From the IMG/VR virus record IMGVR_UViG_3300029431_000015: DNA of 35,770 nt. One strand, written 5' to 3'. The translations under genes were made by a program, and so were the position numbers. Every line of letters begins with the position of its first letter. Positions within the stretch are counted from its first letter, which is position 1. This stretch comes from a virus. Shown piece by piece: positions 7,869-16,917 of the stretch. The notes under the pieces are model-generated. The model worked only from the letters and a program-made list of their open reading frames with translations, searched no databases and had not been told where the DNA came from.

Positions 7869-8087
7869 TTACCCCTCCTCAAACTCAGGACACCCCGTCA
7901 CAGTATACGAATGTATCATGCCGCCCTTTTGCGCTTCGTACATTCTGTGCTGACACGTCCTCCAACCCTCAACCGGTTTGCGGTCTATGGACCATGCACA
8001 GCCTGTGAGGTATTCTCCTGTTATCTTGTCCTTTGTCGGTACTGCGTGGCGGCAGTGCCAGCATAGGGTGTGGTCAGTGTGTTTCAT
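7869..8087 (-). CDS. Hypothetical Cys-rich (zinc-finger-like) protein, 72 aa
   Basis: ATG at 8087 (MKHTDHTLCWHCRH...) is preceded by GGGGAGGGG. The longer track ORF overlaps the upstream gene. Confidence 0.6.
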   Translation of the reverse strand: MKHTDHTLCWHCRHAVPTKDKITGEYLTGCAWSIDRKPVEGWRTCQHRMYEAQKGGMIHSYTVTGCPEFEEG

Positions 8088-8445
8088 TGGCTTTGCCCCT
8101 CCCCATACCGCATAGGATATCATTGAGCCTCTTGCAAACCTCGCAGCCGTCATGATGTATCTCGTACTGACATTTCTGAAACACCTTAGCATATTCCCCA
8201 TATGTCTGCCATAGATCAAGTGCATAAGCCCCATTGATGTATGCCCTGTATAGTTCCTGCTTTTCATCAAGCGCCTGTTTCTTGTCTATCTGCCCTGCCT
8301 TGAACTCTCGGTACACAATGCAAAGCGACTTGTATAAAAGCTGTTCCACCTGCGTCAGTCCCTCTGGCAGTGGCAGAAGCTTTGCCGCCATTCTGTTCAG
8401 CTCGTCTGCCTTCTTTACGACTTCAGCTTTGACCAGCATTATCAT
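8074..8445 (-). CDS. Hypothetical protein
   Basis: The ORF sits in operon context. The track start at 8454 is TTG. ATG codons lie at 8445 and 8439. Confidence 0.6.
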   Translation of the reverse strand: MIMLVKAEVVKKADELNRMAAKLLPLPEGLTQVEQLLYKSLCIVYREFKAGQIDKKQALDEKQELYRAYINGAYALDLWQTYGEYAKVFQKCQYEIHHDGCEVCKRLNDILCGMGRGKANETH

Positions 8446-8806
8446 CACCGCCAAGATAGTGCATTAGCATATCAGCCGCCTGCTTCCAGCCGTAGCATAT
8501 CGCCGCCAAATAGTTCTGCCTGCCAAGCTCCGCAAACCACCACATCTGATTATCTGACGGCTTGCCATTCTCTGCTTTGAGTTCTATGAACAGCCCTTTG
8601 TTTTTGCCCCGTGCCACAGGTAAAAACAGGTCAGGAACACCTGACTTTACGCCCATAAGCTTTAGTCTTTTACCCTCTCTTGGGTCACAATGACGTTCGT
8701 TCGGTATGTGAAAGAGCAGCTTGAGTTCAGGATAAGCCTTGCGTATGCTTGCCTGCTGTGTCCACTTGATAAGGGTCATTTGCTCTCTGTCTTCATTTCT
8801 TGCCAT
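8423..8806 (-). CDS. VRR-NUC domain nuclease
   Basis: It has PD-(D/E)XK-type motifs GVPDLFL and FIELK. At 127 aa it sits next to a helicase, as is usual for VRR-NUC proteins. Confidence 0.75.
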   Translation of the reverse strand: MARNEDREQMTLIKWTQQASIRKAYPELKLLFHIPNERHCDPREGKRLKLMGVKSGVPDLFLPVARGKNKGLFIELKAENGKPSDNQMWWFAELGRQNYLAAICYGWKQAADMLMHYLGGDDNAGQS

Positions 8807-8810
8807 ATCA

Positions 8811-10337
8811 TCACCCTTTCATTATCCTGTTGAGTATCTGACTTGCTTCAAATTTTGTCAAATTTTCTATGTCGATATCCGAATTGTTGAGATACTTCCT
8901 GCCTCGTCTGCGGATAAGGTTTTTCTGATTATCAGTAGCAGGTGCTTTGCCCCACTTTCGGCAAATATTCAGATCCCACAAGCATTTGCTATCTGCTTCA
9001 CGTTCGCAGAGAATAGTGTACGCCTCGTCAAGTGCTTGTTGCATAGGTAATTTCTGACCTTGCCATACTGCCATGCCCAAAGCGTCAGGTGCAGATATCC
9101 TCAGCGTTTTTCCCTTGCCTAGACTACATTTCATATCGCCATCCGGCAGCTTAAACCAGTTCACGTCATGGGTATTATACTTCTGCTCCTGCGCCCACAA
9201 GTCAACGATACGAACATTCTTTATCCAGCTTTCAGGACAATCCGACATCATAGTAGCCTTTTCAGGAAGTTCAAAGAGCATTCCCTCCATTTTGTCCTGA
9301 CTCTTCTTTGGTAATTCTGAAATGTCAATACCGAGCAAACTTGGAGCTGTTCTCAGACTTGCTTTGCCTGTTACTCCTACGCAGTCGATGAGTGTGAGCC
9401 TGTCCTTGTCAGGGTGCAGCCTCAACCCTCTGCCTACCATTTGCGTATACAATGCATCTGATTGTGTAGGCCTCGCTATGATAACAGTTTCCACAAGGGG
9501 TATGTCAGTACCCTCAGTGAAGACCATGCAATTCACAAGACAAGGTATCTCACGATGAGTAAAACGGCGTATAATATCGGCCCTATCCTTAGTCTGACCT
9601 GTGACCACCTCCGCCCCCTCGATGCGTTTCGCTATCTCGTAGCACTGTTCTACAGATACCGCAAAAATAAGTGTTGCACCTTTGGCGTGTTCTCTATACG
9701 CTTGTGCTATAGCGTCCGCAGTGCCGTCCATTGCTTCTGCCAGCTCACCCGGGGCGTAGTCGCCAAGCCGTGTATGTACCGCTGAAAGGTCATAGCCTAT
9801 GTCAGCACGTTTGCAGAGGATATCACACAGATAACCATGTTCAATGCCCCAACGCAGGTCACGTTGAAATATGATATCATCAAACACATCATTCAGCCTA
9901 CATTTGTCAGCCCTGTTAGGCGTTGCCGTGAAGCCCAGCAGAAGACGTGGTGTGAAGTGATCTATGACAGTTTTATAGCTGTTTGCCGCTGCATGGTGAG
10001 CCTCATCTACTATGATGATATCAAAATCATTAGGTGAAAACCTGTCAAGCCTGTGTGTCATGGTCTGAATACTTGCCGATACCACTTCTTCACTGCCGTC
10101 AGTATGGTACTTTGACATTTCAACACCCTTTGTGCAGTCAAAGTATTTCAGAGGCTGATTTACAAGTTCCTCTCTGTGCGACAAAATGAGCATACGTCCA
10201 TGACGTGGTATATTCGCAAAGGTCACTGTCTTGCCAAGACCTGTCGCCATCTGCACAAGATGCTTTCCCTGCCTTGCCTGCGTTATTTTATCTATACACT
10301 CCTGCTGATAGTCACGGAGTTTTATTCTTGCATTCAT
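8811..10337 (-). CDS. SF2 DEAD/DEAH-box DNA helicase
   Basis: Motif I is ATGLGKT and motif II is IIVDEAHH. The start is placed at ATG 10337 (MNARIKLRDYQ...), downstream of AAGGAGGT. The track extension to 10460 runs through the iteron cluster. Confidence 0.8.
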   Translation of the reverse strand: MNARIKLRDYQQECIDKITQARQGKHLVQMATGLGKTVTFANIPRHGRMLILSHREELVNQPLKYFDCTKGVEMSKYHTDGSEEVVSASIQTMTHRLDRFSPNDFDIIIVDEAHHAAANSYKTVIDHFTPRLLLGFTATPNRADKCRLNDVFDDIIFQRDLRWGIEHGYLCDILCKRADIGYDLSAVHTRLGDYAPGELAEAMDGTADAIAQAYREHAKGATLIFAVSVEQCYEIAKRIEGAEVVTGQTKDRADIIRRFTHREIPCLVNCMVFTEGTDIPLVETVIIARPTQSDALYTQMVGRGLRLHPDKDRLTLIDCVGVTGKASLRTAPSLLGIDISELPKKSQDKMEGMLFELPEKATMMSDCPESWIKNVRIVDLWAQEQKYNTHDVNWFKLPDGDMKCSLGKGKTLRISAPDALGMAVWQGQKLPMQQALDEAYTILCEREADSKCLWDLNICRKWGKAPATDNQKNLIRRRGRKYLNNSDIDIENLTKFEASQILNRIMKG

Positions 10338-10662
10338 TTGATGTTTTTTTACCTCCTTATGTGGGACGTGGGGGACAGTGTGGGACAAACGTCCCACACG
10401 AAAACTATGCGTATTTACGCACTTTTCAGGGTGTTGTGGGACTGTGGGACAAATTCGCACATTTTCCTATATAGGAAAACACACATATATTTTAACAATG
10501 TGTGAACAAAGCCGTGATTCTATATCACCTATTTAAAGCAGGTATATATAGGGGGAAAATGTCCCACAGTCCCACACTATGCAGAAAACCACGCATTTAC
10601 GTTGTTTTCCTCGTGGGACTTATGTCTCACAAAATGCCGAAATCCGATATATCCGTCCCACG
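10338..10662. repeat. Iteron and palindrome cluster (GTGGGAC repeats); candidate replication origin or regulatory region
   Basis: GTGGGAC occurs on the plus strand at 10361, 10380, 10436, 10444 and 10613. Its complement GTCCCAC occurs at 10391, 10561, 10569 and 10655. A variant GTGGGGGAC lies at 10368. A 17-bp perfect inverted repeat pairs 10435..10451 with 10560..10576. An AT-rich palindrome TTTTCCTATATAGGAAAA lies at 10462..10479. Confidence 0.7.
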
Positions 10663-12588
10663 CATTTCTTCTTCGGTGTAATAATCTGGTGTTTCATCTG
10701 GCAATCTCAGCACAACGCACTCAACGTTCACGCCACCGATGCGCTTGCCACGAGTATTGTTGCGCCCTCTCACAAGTATCTTTCCGTTAGATTTCAGCCA
10801 ACTAAGCAACGCCCTTGTGTCGAAGCCCTGTTTTGAAGCCGCTTCATCGAACTTTGAGCGAATGACATATGCGAAATCGCCCTGGATAAGTCCAAACACT
10901 TCACCGTTATTGTCTTCGCCTGTAGCAAAGCGTTTGCTGTTGGACGCCACCCAATCGCACATATACTGATAGCCTCGTTCACCTGCTGATACCGATTTTT
11001 TGGTCTGCAAATACGGTGAGATATCGTCAATTGTTAGTGGCTCATTCGTTTTGAACACGGACGCTTCTGCAATCATATCAGCCGTGAGTATCATTGCCGC
11101 TGCCATTGCCTGTTTCTCTGTTGTATCCGACTTGCAGAGCTTGGTGAAATAATCGTTATAGACCTCTTGTGCCATTGTCAAGGCTTTTTGAGAGGACAGT
11201 TTTGCAACGAACTCTCGCCCTGCAAAGCCATAGTTTTGTTTTATCACTGCTGATACTGCCATGCCGTCTGCTATCACGATATTGTTTGCCGTACATTCAA
11301 TGTCGATAACTCTGTTTACCGCTCCTGCACCTGCTGAACCGCCCACTATGGGGCTTTCGCCTGTGGTAAGGATAGTATTTCGCCATGTCGGTGTACGCTC
11401 TATGCCGCCTGTTTTCGTGCCCCTAGAACGTCCAACACCCTGAGCAAGCTGATAAACGTCAAATCGGCTTCTGCCGTGACTATCTTTGCTCAGCTGGAGT
11501 TCGTCAATGAGAAACGGCAGGCTGTTGAGAAACGCTGCTGTTCGCTCGTGGCCGACAACTGTGCTGTTGAACGTCTGAATGTATTCGCCCATTTCGGGGG
11601 TTCCCCAAACAGAAGCCGCAAGCATTAAAGCAACTGTCTTGCCTGTGCCTGAATCAACGCCCCATAGATGAACGAAGAACGGCAGACCGCCAAGTGGCTG
11701 AATAAGCGCACTTGCGAAGCTCGCCGCAAGAAATATCTTTGCGATCACGCTTTTCCTGCGGCAATCTATAGCGGCTTTTTTCCATTTCTCATAACTGCCA
11801 TGACTTTTTATAGCACTAAAAATGGTGGAATAATTCTGCTCTCCGTCAAATGTCAGCCCCTCAACGTATGGTGAAAAGCCTGCGCCGTTTATGTAGCCAA
11901 GCCTGCCCACTGATCTTTTCAGTGGCAGAGAATTGCGGTTAAGGCTCTCTATCTCCTGAAAGTATGAGACAAGCTCTTTGGCAGTTTCAGAAGATACGTC
12001 AACACCGCATTTAACTAACTGTGAAATGTTTCGGCTGTTGTAAAGTATCTCCTTTGAAACGACTTTTTCCTGCCACTCTCCACGAGTGCGGTAAGCTATG
12101 TTGAGCTTTTCCTCACCTGTGTCAATGTTCTGCAAGCATTCAAAGGGTATGATCGGGTGGTGGCAGATAACGTGATAGTTGCCGCTTTCGTCGATAAGAT
12201 ACACACCGCCGTCATCAACATTGTATTTGCCTGCGTCAAGCTGCATATATGGACCTGAGAACGCAGTGGGGTTATTGATGATAACATTCGCCCCACGCTG
12301 CATTTCTCGCATTTTGACGTAGTTTTTATACAGTCCTTTGAACGTCTTTACACCCACCTCTGCCGCCTGTTGAGCCATTTGCTCAATTTTCAGATTGTGC
12401 ATGAAAGGGTCGTTTTTGTAATCGTATATCGCTTCGTATGGCTTTTCTGTATAGAGGAAATCGTCTTTTGTATACTTTACAGCAACGGCGTTTTTCACCG
12501 CTTCTGCATCGCCCATGTCGATATCAAAATGCTTTTCCTCGTTCACATCAACGTCAATGATATCGTCAGAATGGCGTTCCCTCATCAT
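10627..12588 (-). CDS. DUF927-type (SF3-like) replicative helicase / primase-associated protein
   Basis: Walker A is GVDSGTGKT and a Walker B-like motif is LIDELQ. It is 653 aa, has DUF927-like sequence character, and lies in the replication module. Confidence 0.6.
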   Translation of the reverse strand: MMRERHSDDIIDVDVNEEKHFDIDMGDAEAVKNAVAVKYTKDDFLYTEKPYEAIYDYKNDPFMHNLKIEQMAQQAAEVGVKTFKGLYKNYVKMREMQRGANVIINNPTAFSGPYMQLDAGKYNVDDGGVYLIDESGNYHVICHHPIIPFECLQNIDTGEEKLNIAYRTRGEWQEKVVSKEILYNSRNISQLVKCGVDVSSETAKELVSYFQEIESLNRNSLPLKRSVGRLGYINGAGFSPYVEGLTFDGEQNYSTIFSAIKSHGSYEKWKKAAIDCRRKSVIAKIFLAASFASALIQPLGGLPFFVHLWGVDSGTGKTVALMLAASVWGTPEMGEYIQTFNSTVVGHERTAAFLNSLPFLIDELQLSKDSHGRSRFDVYQLAQGVGRSRGTKTGGIERTPTWRNTILTTGESPIVGGSAGAGAVNRVIDIECTANNIVIADGMAVSAVIKQNYGFAGREFVAKLSSQKALTMAQEVYNDYFTKLCKSDTTEKQAMAAAMILTADMIAEASVFKTNEPLTIDDISPYLQTKKSVSAGERGYQYMCDWVASNSKRFATGEDNNGEVFGLIQGDFAYVIRSKFDEAASKQGFDTRALLSWLKSNGKILVRGRNNTRGKRIGGVNVECVVLRLPDETPDYYTEEEMRGTDISDFGIL

Positions 12589-12982
12589 TCAACACCTCCT
12601 CAAAGTCGGAAAGGTCACCGCCTAGCTCTTGCGGGGGTGCTGCTTCTGCGGTAGGCTGTACAAAAACGGCTTCGCACACAAGATGTACGTCAACTTTTTC
12701 TTTACCGTCTTTGCCGGTATATGGCTTTTTCTCCACCTTGCCCACACAAAACACAACGTCAAATTTTTTCAGCGCCTTTGTGACTCTTGCTACAGAGTGC
12801 CAGCACTGGCAGTTCACCCATACGGCTTCACCACGCTCACCTTGCACCTTTGGCTGACGTTCGCCCACTTTTACTGCAAACTTGGTGAGCGACGAGTTAT
12901 TGCCGCCCACCTGTTTGTATTCTGCGTCCTTTGCGAGAAAACCACTGATGATAACAGAGCCGTCAGGTAATTTTGCCTGCAT
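12566..12982 (-). CDS. ssb: Single-stranded DNA-binding protein
   Basis: It has the size of an OB-fold protein. Its acidic C-terminal tail ends ...LNDEGTPF, resembling the canonical SSB tip. It is adjacent to the annealing protein. Confidence 0.8.
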   Translation of the reverse strand: MQAKLPDGSVIISGFLAKDAEYKQVGGNNSSLTKFAVKVGERQPKVQGERGEAVWVNCQCWHSVARVTKALKKFDVVFCVGKVEKKPYTGKDGKEKVDVHLVCEAVFVQPTAEAAPPQELGGDLSDFEEVLNDEGTPF

Positions 12983-13836
12983 TAAAGCACCTGCTCTTTC
13001 TCGGTCTGAAGCTGGTCGATTTCTGCTGAGATATCTGTAGATATCTTCTCATACTCAAACCACTCAGAAACCTTTGTGTTCTTGTCTTTCAGTGAATTGA
13101 AAATGCCGATATAATCGGTGAGATCTTCGGCTGTCATGGTGTCAAGACCTCTGTCAAGACGTTTTTCTATCATATCCTGCGTCACGCCCAGCTTTTCAAA
13201 CTCCACCACCATTTTTCTTACCCTATCCGTGAGCGGTACGTTATTTTTGCCTGCAAGAGTTTTTCTGCATTCGGCGACAGCCTCTTCCACAAAGTCCGCA
13301 GGAAGTACCGCAAGTATTCTTGCTCTGAGCCTGCGCCCTGCCATATTGGCGTTGTTCTCATAGATATCACGCAAGCTCGTGAGGGTCTTTATCTTGCCTC
13401 TGACTTCCTTTGCGTGTGGGTTCGTGAAATTCTGCACCGACATTGTGTTCGTCTCCAAGTCCCAAGCATATGCCTGCATTTCTGACTTGCCGTTGTCCTG
13501 CGAAAGCTCCTTGATGCCGAAGTCAATATTTCCCCAGCACCTTGCAAGTTCTTCGGCAAGTCTTATAGTCGGTCCTGAAACTGTTTCGTTTCCTCTTGGA
13601 TAGCTGTAAAATGCCTTGTTTGCAAGCCCTGTACGCTGGCAAGCTTTCTTCATGTTAGCAAAAGCCTGTATCTCATTTCTCGGAAATCTCTTTGCGATGA
13701 CAAGCTTGCCTTGGGCTTCTGCAATGGCTCTGCTTGCTTCGATTGCTACAGTGCCCTGATTGATGTTGTCAAGAGGCATAGTGCTGTTCTGCGGTACTTC
13801 CGATGTTACTGCTACTGCATTTGTTATTTCATCCAT
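12982..13836 (-). CDS. Single-strand annealing protein (RecT/Redbeta-superfamily-like recombinase)
   Basis: A 284-aa ORF between the exonuclease and SSB genes, the classical exo-SSAP-SSB synteny. The exact family was not resolved by eye. Confidence 0.55.
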   Translation of the reverse strand: MDEITNAVAVTSEVPQNSTMPLDNINQGTVAIEASRAIAEAQGKLVIAKRFPRNEIQAFANMKKACQRTGLANKAFYSYPRGNETVSGPTIRLAEELARCWGNIDFGIKELSQDNGKSEMQAYAWDLETNTMSVQNFTNPHAKEVRGKIKTLTSLRDIYENNANMAGRRLRARILAVLPADFVEEAVAECRKTLAGKNNVPLTDRVRKMVVEFEKLGVTQDMIEKRLDRGLDTMTAEDLTDYIGIFNSLKDKNTKVSEWFEYEKISTDISAEIDQLQTEKEQVL

Positions 13837-13847
13837 ATCGTTTTCTC

Positions 13848-14654
13848 CTATTCGTATTCTCTAGCCAGCCAACCCGGCAGGCTTATGACGTTCAAATCGC
13901 CGTTTTTGCCGTTGTAGCTGTACCAGTTATCAGTTTCAAGACACTCTTTGAGAGTGTAAAGATAGTCGTTAAGGTCTTTTGTGCCTTTCTGTATGATAAA
14001 ATCGTCAGCCTCAAGGACATTGCAGGCATAAGGCGGTGATTTTTCCACAGCGATAAAAACAAATCTATGCTGTTTGCCTTCCACCTCTGACACACCCTTT
14101 GTGTACATAGCTGCCTGCAAGTCATAGCCGTACTTTATGCAGCTGTGCATAAAACTGTCTGTATCGGCATTCTCAGTAGTCTTGAGGTCAACTATGACTG
14201 ACGTTGATTTGAGGTCTGTGCGGCAGTCAGGACGGCATTTGAGTTTAAGCCCCGTGAGCTTGTCCGTCCAGAAGTATGATTTTTCATGTTCACCACCGTT
14301 AAGCAAAGCGGCAGCATACTTGTTTGACATCACACTTTCAGCCATTGCCTGTATCTGTGCAAAAGCGTCCTCGCTTATGGGTATCTTACCGCTCGCCTCT
14401 ATCTGAGCCGCAAGTGCCTTGCCCTCTTTGGTGCGCCTATCAAGTTTTGGAGCGACTATGTACTCGCTGTCGAACTTGTCCTTTTCAAGAACATAAGCGT
14501 GAAAGGCTGTACCGAAAGCAAGCGCAGGGGTCTCTACTTCGGGATTTTCAAGGGCGTACTTGAAGTGTGCAGGCGACTTTGACAGCTTGAAAAGCTGTGA
14601 GCGGCTGAATGCTCCGTCATTGCGATAATCTTCCGCAGACATTTGTTTTTTCAT
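13848..14654 (-). CDS. PD-(D/E)XK exonuclease (RecE/DUF3799-like)
   Basis: A VIVDLKTT-type (D/E)XK motif and the sequence FGTAFHAYVLE are present. It is paired with the annealing protein. Confidence 0.65.
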   Translation of the reverse strand: MKKQMSAEDYRNDGAFSRSQLFKLSKSPAHFKYALENPEVETPALAFGTAFHAYVLEKDKFDSEYIVAPKLDRRTKEGKALAAQIEASGKIPISEDAFAQIQAMAESVMSNKYAAALLNGGEHEKSYFWTDKLTGLKLKCRPDCRTDLKSTSVIVDLKTTENADTDSFMHSCIKYGYDLQAAMYTKGVSEVEGKQHRFVFIAVEKSPPYACNVLEADDFIIQKGTKDLNDYLYTLKECLETDNWYSYNGKNGDLNVISLPGWLAREYE

Positions 14655-14956
14655 TCGTCATAGTTCTCCTCGTCATAATCATAAAGATCATCTTCTTTGT
14701 AGTCCAAAGCTAGCAGAGCAGCCAGATCACTTATTTCTACGTCTTCGTTCTCAGATATGCGGTCGATAAGCATTTCCCTGAAACAATCCTTGCAGTACTC
14801 CACATTCTCACAGATGTACATACACTCTGATTCAGGGTCTATCTCGTTGCCACATTTGTCACAGTTGTATGCAGTGACGTTGCGGTCAAGTCCGCAGTGC
14901 TTGCAAGGCAGACCTAAGGCTGTACAGCCCACGCAGGTATTGTATTTGCTACGCAT
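14651..14956 (-). CDS. Hypothetical Cys-rich zinc-ribbon protein with an acidic tail
   Basis: It has several CxxC pairs (CVGC, CKHC, CDKC, CKDC). ATG at 14956 has better RBS spacing than the GTG at 14965. Confidence 0.65.
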   Translation of the reverse strand: MRSKYNTCVGCTALGLPCKHCGLDRNVTAYNCDKCGNEIDPESECMYICENVEYCKDCFREMLIDRISENEDVEISDLAALLALDYKEDDLYDYDEENYDE

Positions 14957-15353
14957 TTGGAACACCGCCTCTCCCTATCCTCTCAAGCTCCTTTTTCACC
15001 TCAAGCATTGCCCGATATGACTGCCCCAGGTCGAAGGCTTTCTGCTCGTTATCGTCCATACGTTCGTAAATTTCCAGTATCAGTTCGCAAGCCTTGTAAG
15101 CCTTTTCTACCTCTTGACAAATCTGCTCTTTTGTGCTATCATCAAACTGTAATATTGAACAGGTATCATCTGATACCTCCGAGCTTGTACCTGTTGCCGC
15201 AGGTGCAGGCTCGTTTTCTTTTAGGTACTCTGCAAAATACGCACCACACATCAAATCTTTTTTACTGAGCGGACAATCTTTGCAATTAATGCAATTAATA
15301 GTAAATTCTGTACAGTACTCCACCGCCTTTTCAAACTCCTCTTTCGATATCAT
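14949..15353 (-). CDS. Hypothetical protein
   Basis: ATG at 15353 (MISKEEF...) is preceded by AAGGAGGA. Confidence 0.65.
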   Translation of the reverse strand: MISKEEFEKAVEYCTEFTINCINCKDCPLSKKDLMCGAYFAEYLKENEPAPAATGTSSEVSDDTCSILQFDDSTKEQICQEVEKAYKACELILEIYERMDDNEQKAFDLGQSYRAMLEVKKELERIGRGGVPNA

Positions 15354-15416
15354 CTTTATCCTCCTTTTCAATAGGTCTTACGCTCATATACTGCCTGCCG
15401 TCATAGTCCATCTTCT

Positions 15417-15650
15417 TCACAGGTCAAGCCCCTTATCCCTCAGCGACCTTGCGGCATCGCCAAGCCCTCTGTCGAAATCCTCACGGGTCTTGTAGAATGC
15501 ACATCTACGGCAGTAGTCCTTCGTTGGCGTTACTGTCAGCGCACCACACTCGCCAGGATTGACATTTGAATGGAACACGCAAAGGCTTACCGCTCCGCTG
15601 CCGTTGTCAAGGGGCTTGTCCCTCTTAAATACCTCTCTCATCACTATCAT
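15417..15650 (-). CDS. Hypothetical small Cys-containing protein (77 aa)
   Basis: ATG at 15650 (MIVMREVF...) is preceded by AAGGAGGA. The longer track ORF is an unsupported 5' extension inside the upstream gene. Confidence 0.6.
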   Translation of the reverse strand: MIVMREVFKRDKPLDNGSGAVSLCVFHSNVNPGECGALTVTPTKDYCRRCAFYKTREDFDRGLGDAARSLRDKGLDL

Positions 15651-16332
15651 CGTTATCCTCCTTAATATTTCCCCATTGTTCAGCCATTGCTTGTGCGATG
15701 CCTGAAAATGTTTTGGACTTTGTCTTGCTGTCACGAAACGACATTCCGCAGTTTGTGCGTGCAGTGCCGTCCGCCTTTTTGCTACCGCCTGACACCCATG
15801 AACATATGGGTTTAACAATATTTGTCGGTGTCAATTTAGGCAGATTTTTCAGCCACAAACACGTTTTTTTACTGTATGGGTGTCCGTATTCATATGGTTG
15901 TATAGTCTGCGTATATTTCGGCAACTCGAACACCTTTGACGGTATCGGGTTTTCAATAGCTATTTTCTCAACAGGTGCATGAATAAATTTCAGAAAAAAT
16001 TCTTTTGCGTCTTTTCCTTTTTTGAATCTTTCAAAATCAATGTAGCTTTTTCCATTAATTTTTTTGTGCAGGCGTGCTGCTCCTGCGTTGCTAAGATATG
16101 TACACGGTGGGTGTGCGATAATCATATCCCATGTTTCAACAGTATGCTGCTTGCCGTCACAGGTGAAGAAATCGGTATTGCCATTGATAATATCCAAAAC
16201 ATCATTGCATATATGCCATTCAGGGTGACCGCCTGAACACATCTGAATGTCGCAGCTATATGCTTCGTGTCCTTTCGCACGGAACGCTTTGCAGACCTCT
16301 TGAGATTCCTCACAGGCTATCAGAACTTTCAT
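15625..16332 (-). CDS. DNA (cytosine-5) methyltransferase-like protein (atypical)
   Basis: AHPPCTYLS is motif IV-like (PC) and AIENP is motif VI-like (ENV). No FxGxG SAM-binding motif occurs at the N-terminus (MKVLIACEESQ). The start at ATG 16332 follows GAGGAGG. Confidence 0.5.
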   Translation of the reverse strand: MKVLIACEESQEVCKAFRAKGHEAYSCDIQMCSGGHPEWHICNDVLDIINGNTDFFTCDGKQHTVETWDMIIAHPPCTYLSNAGAARLHKKINGKSYIDFERFKKGKDAKEFFLKFIHAPVEKIAIENPIPSKVFELPKYTQTIQPYEYGHPYSKKTCLWLKNLPKLTPTNIVKPICSWVSGGSKKADGTARTNCGMSFRDSKTKSKTFSGIAQAMAEQWGNIKEDNDDSDERGI

Positions 16333-16462
16333 CGTTTTCGTCCTCCTCTTTCTCAAAACCTTTCTCCCAGTGCCTATCCACCACGCTCAGCACAAGATAC
16401 ATCACTACATCTATCCCTGCAAGCACAGCTATTGTTATCAGCAGTATTCCTACAATGTTCAT
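16310..16462 (-). CDS. Small membrane protein (50 aa), not in the ORF track
   Basis: The translation is MNIVGILLITIAVLAGIDVVMYLVLSVVDRHWEKGFEKEEDENDESSDSL. Its ATG overlaps the upstream stop (TAATG). Confidence 0.5.
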   Translation of the reverse strand: MNIVGILLITIAVLAGIDVVMYLVLSVVDRHWEKGFEKEEDENDESSDSL

Positions 16463-16671
16463 TACCACTTTCCTTTCGTCTGTATCTCGACCTTGACCAC
16501 AGGTCTTGCGGTTTCCTTCATCGCTTTCTCCAGTTCCTCACGGATTGCGGTTTCGGCGGTTTCTTTAACATTTCGATATAGTCCATAGACCGCCAGTGCG
16601 AATAGCGCCACGCACAGTGCTATGGCTGACGCATATCTGATGATCTCCAGCGTTGCTATCATGTTGTTCAT
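16462..16671 (-). CDS. Small membrane protein (69 aa)
   Basis: It has one hydrophobic helix, ASAIALCVALFALAVYGLY. An RBS AAAGGA precedes the start. Confidence 0.6.
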   Translation of the reverse strand: MNNMIATLEIIRYASAIALCVALFALAVYGLYRNVKETAETAIREELEKAMKETARPVVKVEIQTKGKW

Positions 16672-16675
16672 TTTC

Positions 16676-16876
16676 TCACGTCCTTTCTGATCTCTCTGCT
16701 ATCCACTTGTCAAGCAGCGTTGAGTATATCTCATACACATACTCATTAAGCTTAATGGCGCACCCAAAAGGATACACGCCCTGTCTGAGCCCTGCGTTCA
16801 GCCTGTTCGCGTTGGTGTTGAAGCCTGCGGCTTTCAGACGTTCCACCGCTTCTGCCGATGATATCACTTTGAGCAT
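16676..16876 (-). CDS. Hypothetical; possibly an excisionase/HTH_17-like DNA-binding protein
   Basis: It is 66 aa with RBS GGAGGA. Its pattern loosely resembles MerR-type excisionase HTH proteins. Confidence 0.4.
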   Translation of the reverse strand: MLKVISSAEAVERLKAAGFNTNANRLNAGLRQGVYPFGCAIKLNEYVYEIYSTLLDKWIAERSERT

Positions 16877-16917
16877 TTTTTAGTCCTCCTCATTTTATTT
16901 TTAGTGGTTGTTGGGTG

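Noticed and set aside
8832-8860. A minus-strand TTGACA-17-GATACT upstream of the VRR-NUC gene
   Set aside because: It has two mismatches in the -10 hexamer and lies inside the helicase coding region. This is compatible with chance.
10338-10460. An N-terminal 41-codon extension of the SF2 helicase ORF (track start 10460)
   Set aside because: The extension is translated straight through the GTGGGAC iterons, giving …PTVPQHP…HTVPHVPH…. A start at 10337 is preceded by AAGGAGGT and begins the conserved helicase N-terminus.
10361-10662. Possibility that the GTGGGAC repeat cluster is a CRISPR array
   Set aside because: The repeat units are only 7-8 bp. They occur in both orientations with irregular, very short spacing, and there are no spacer-sized unique segments.
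15114-15142. A plus-strand TTGACA-17-TATCAT (with TG) antisense to an early gene
   Set aside because: It has one mismatch in the -10 hexamer and lies entirely inside coding sequence. I could find no downstream terminator or target. It may be real, but the evidence is too thin to call.
15372-15416. A possible 29-codon GTG-initiated ORF in the small gap between two early genes
   Set aside because: It has no recognisable RBS and is very short. It overlaps the RBS of the next gene. The evidence is insufficient.
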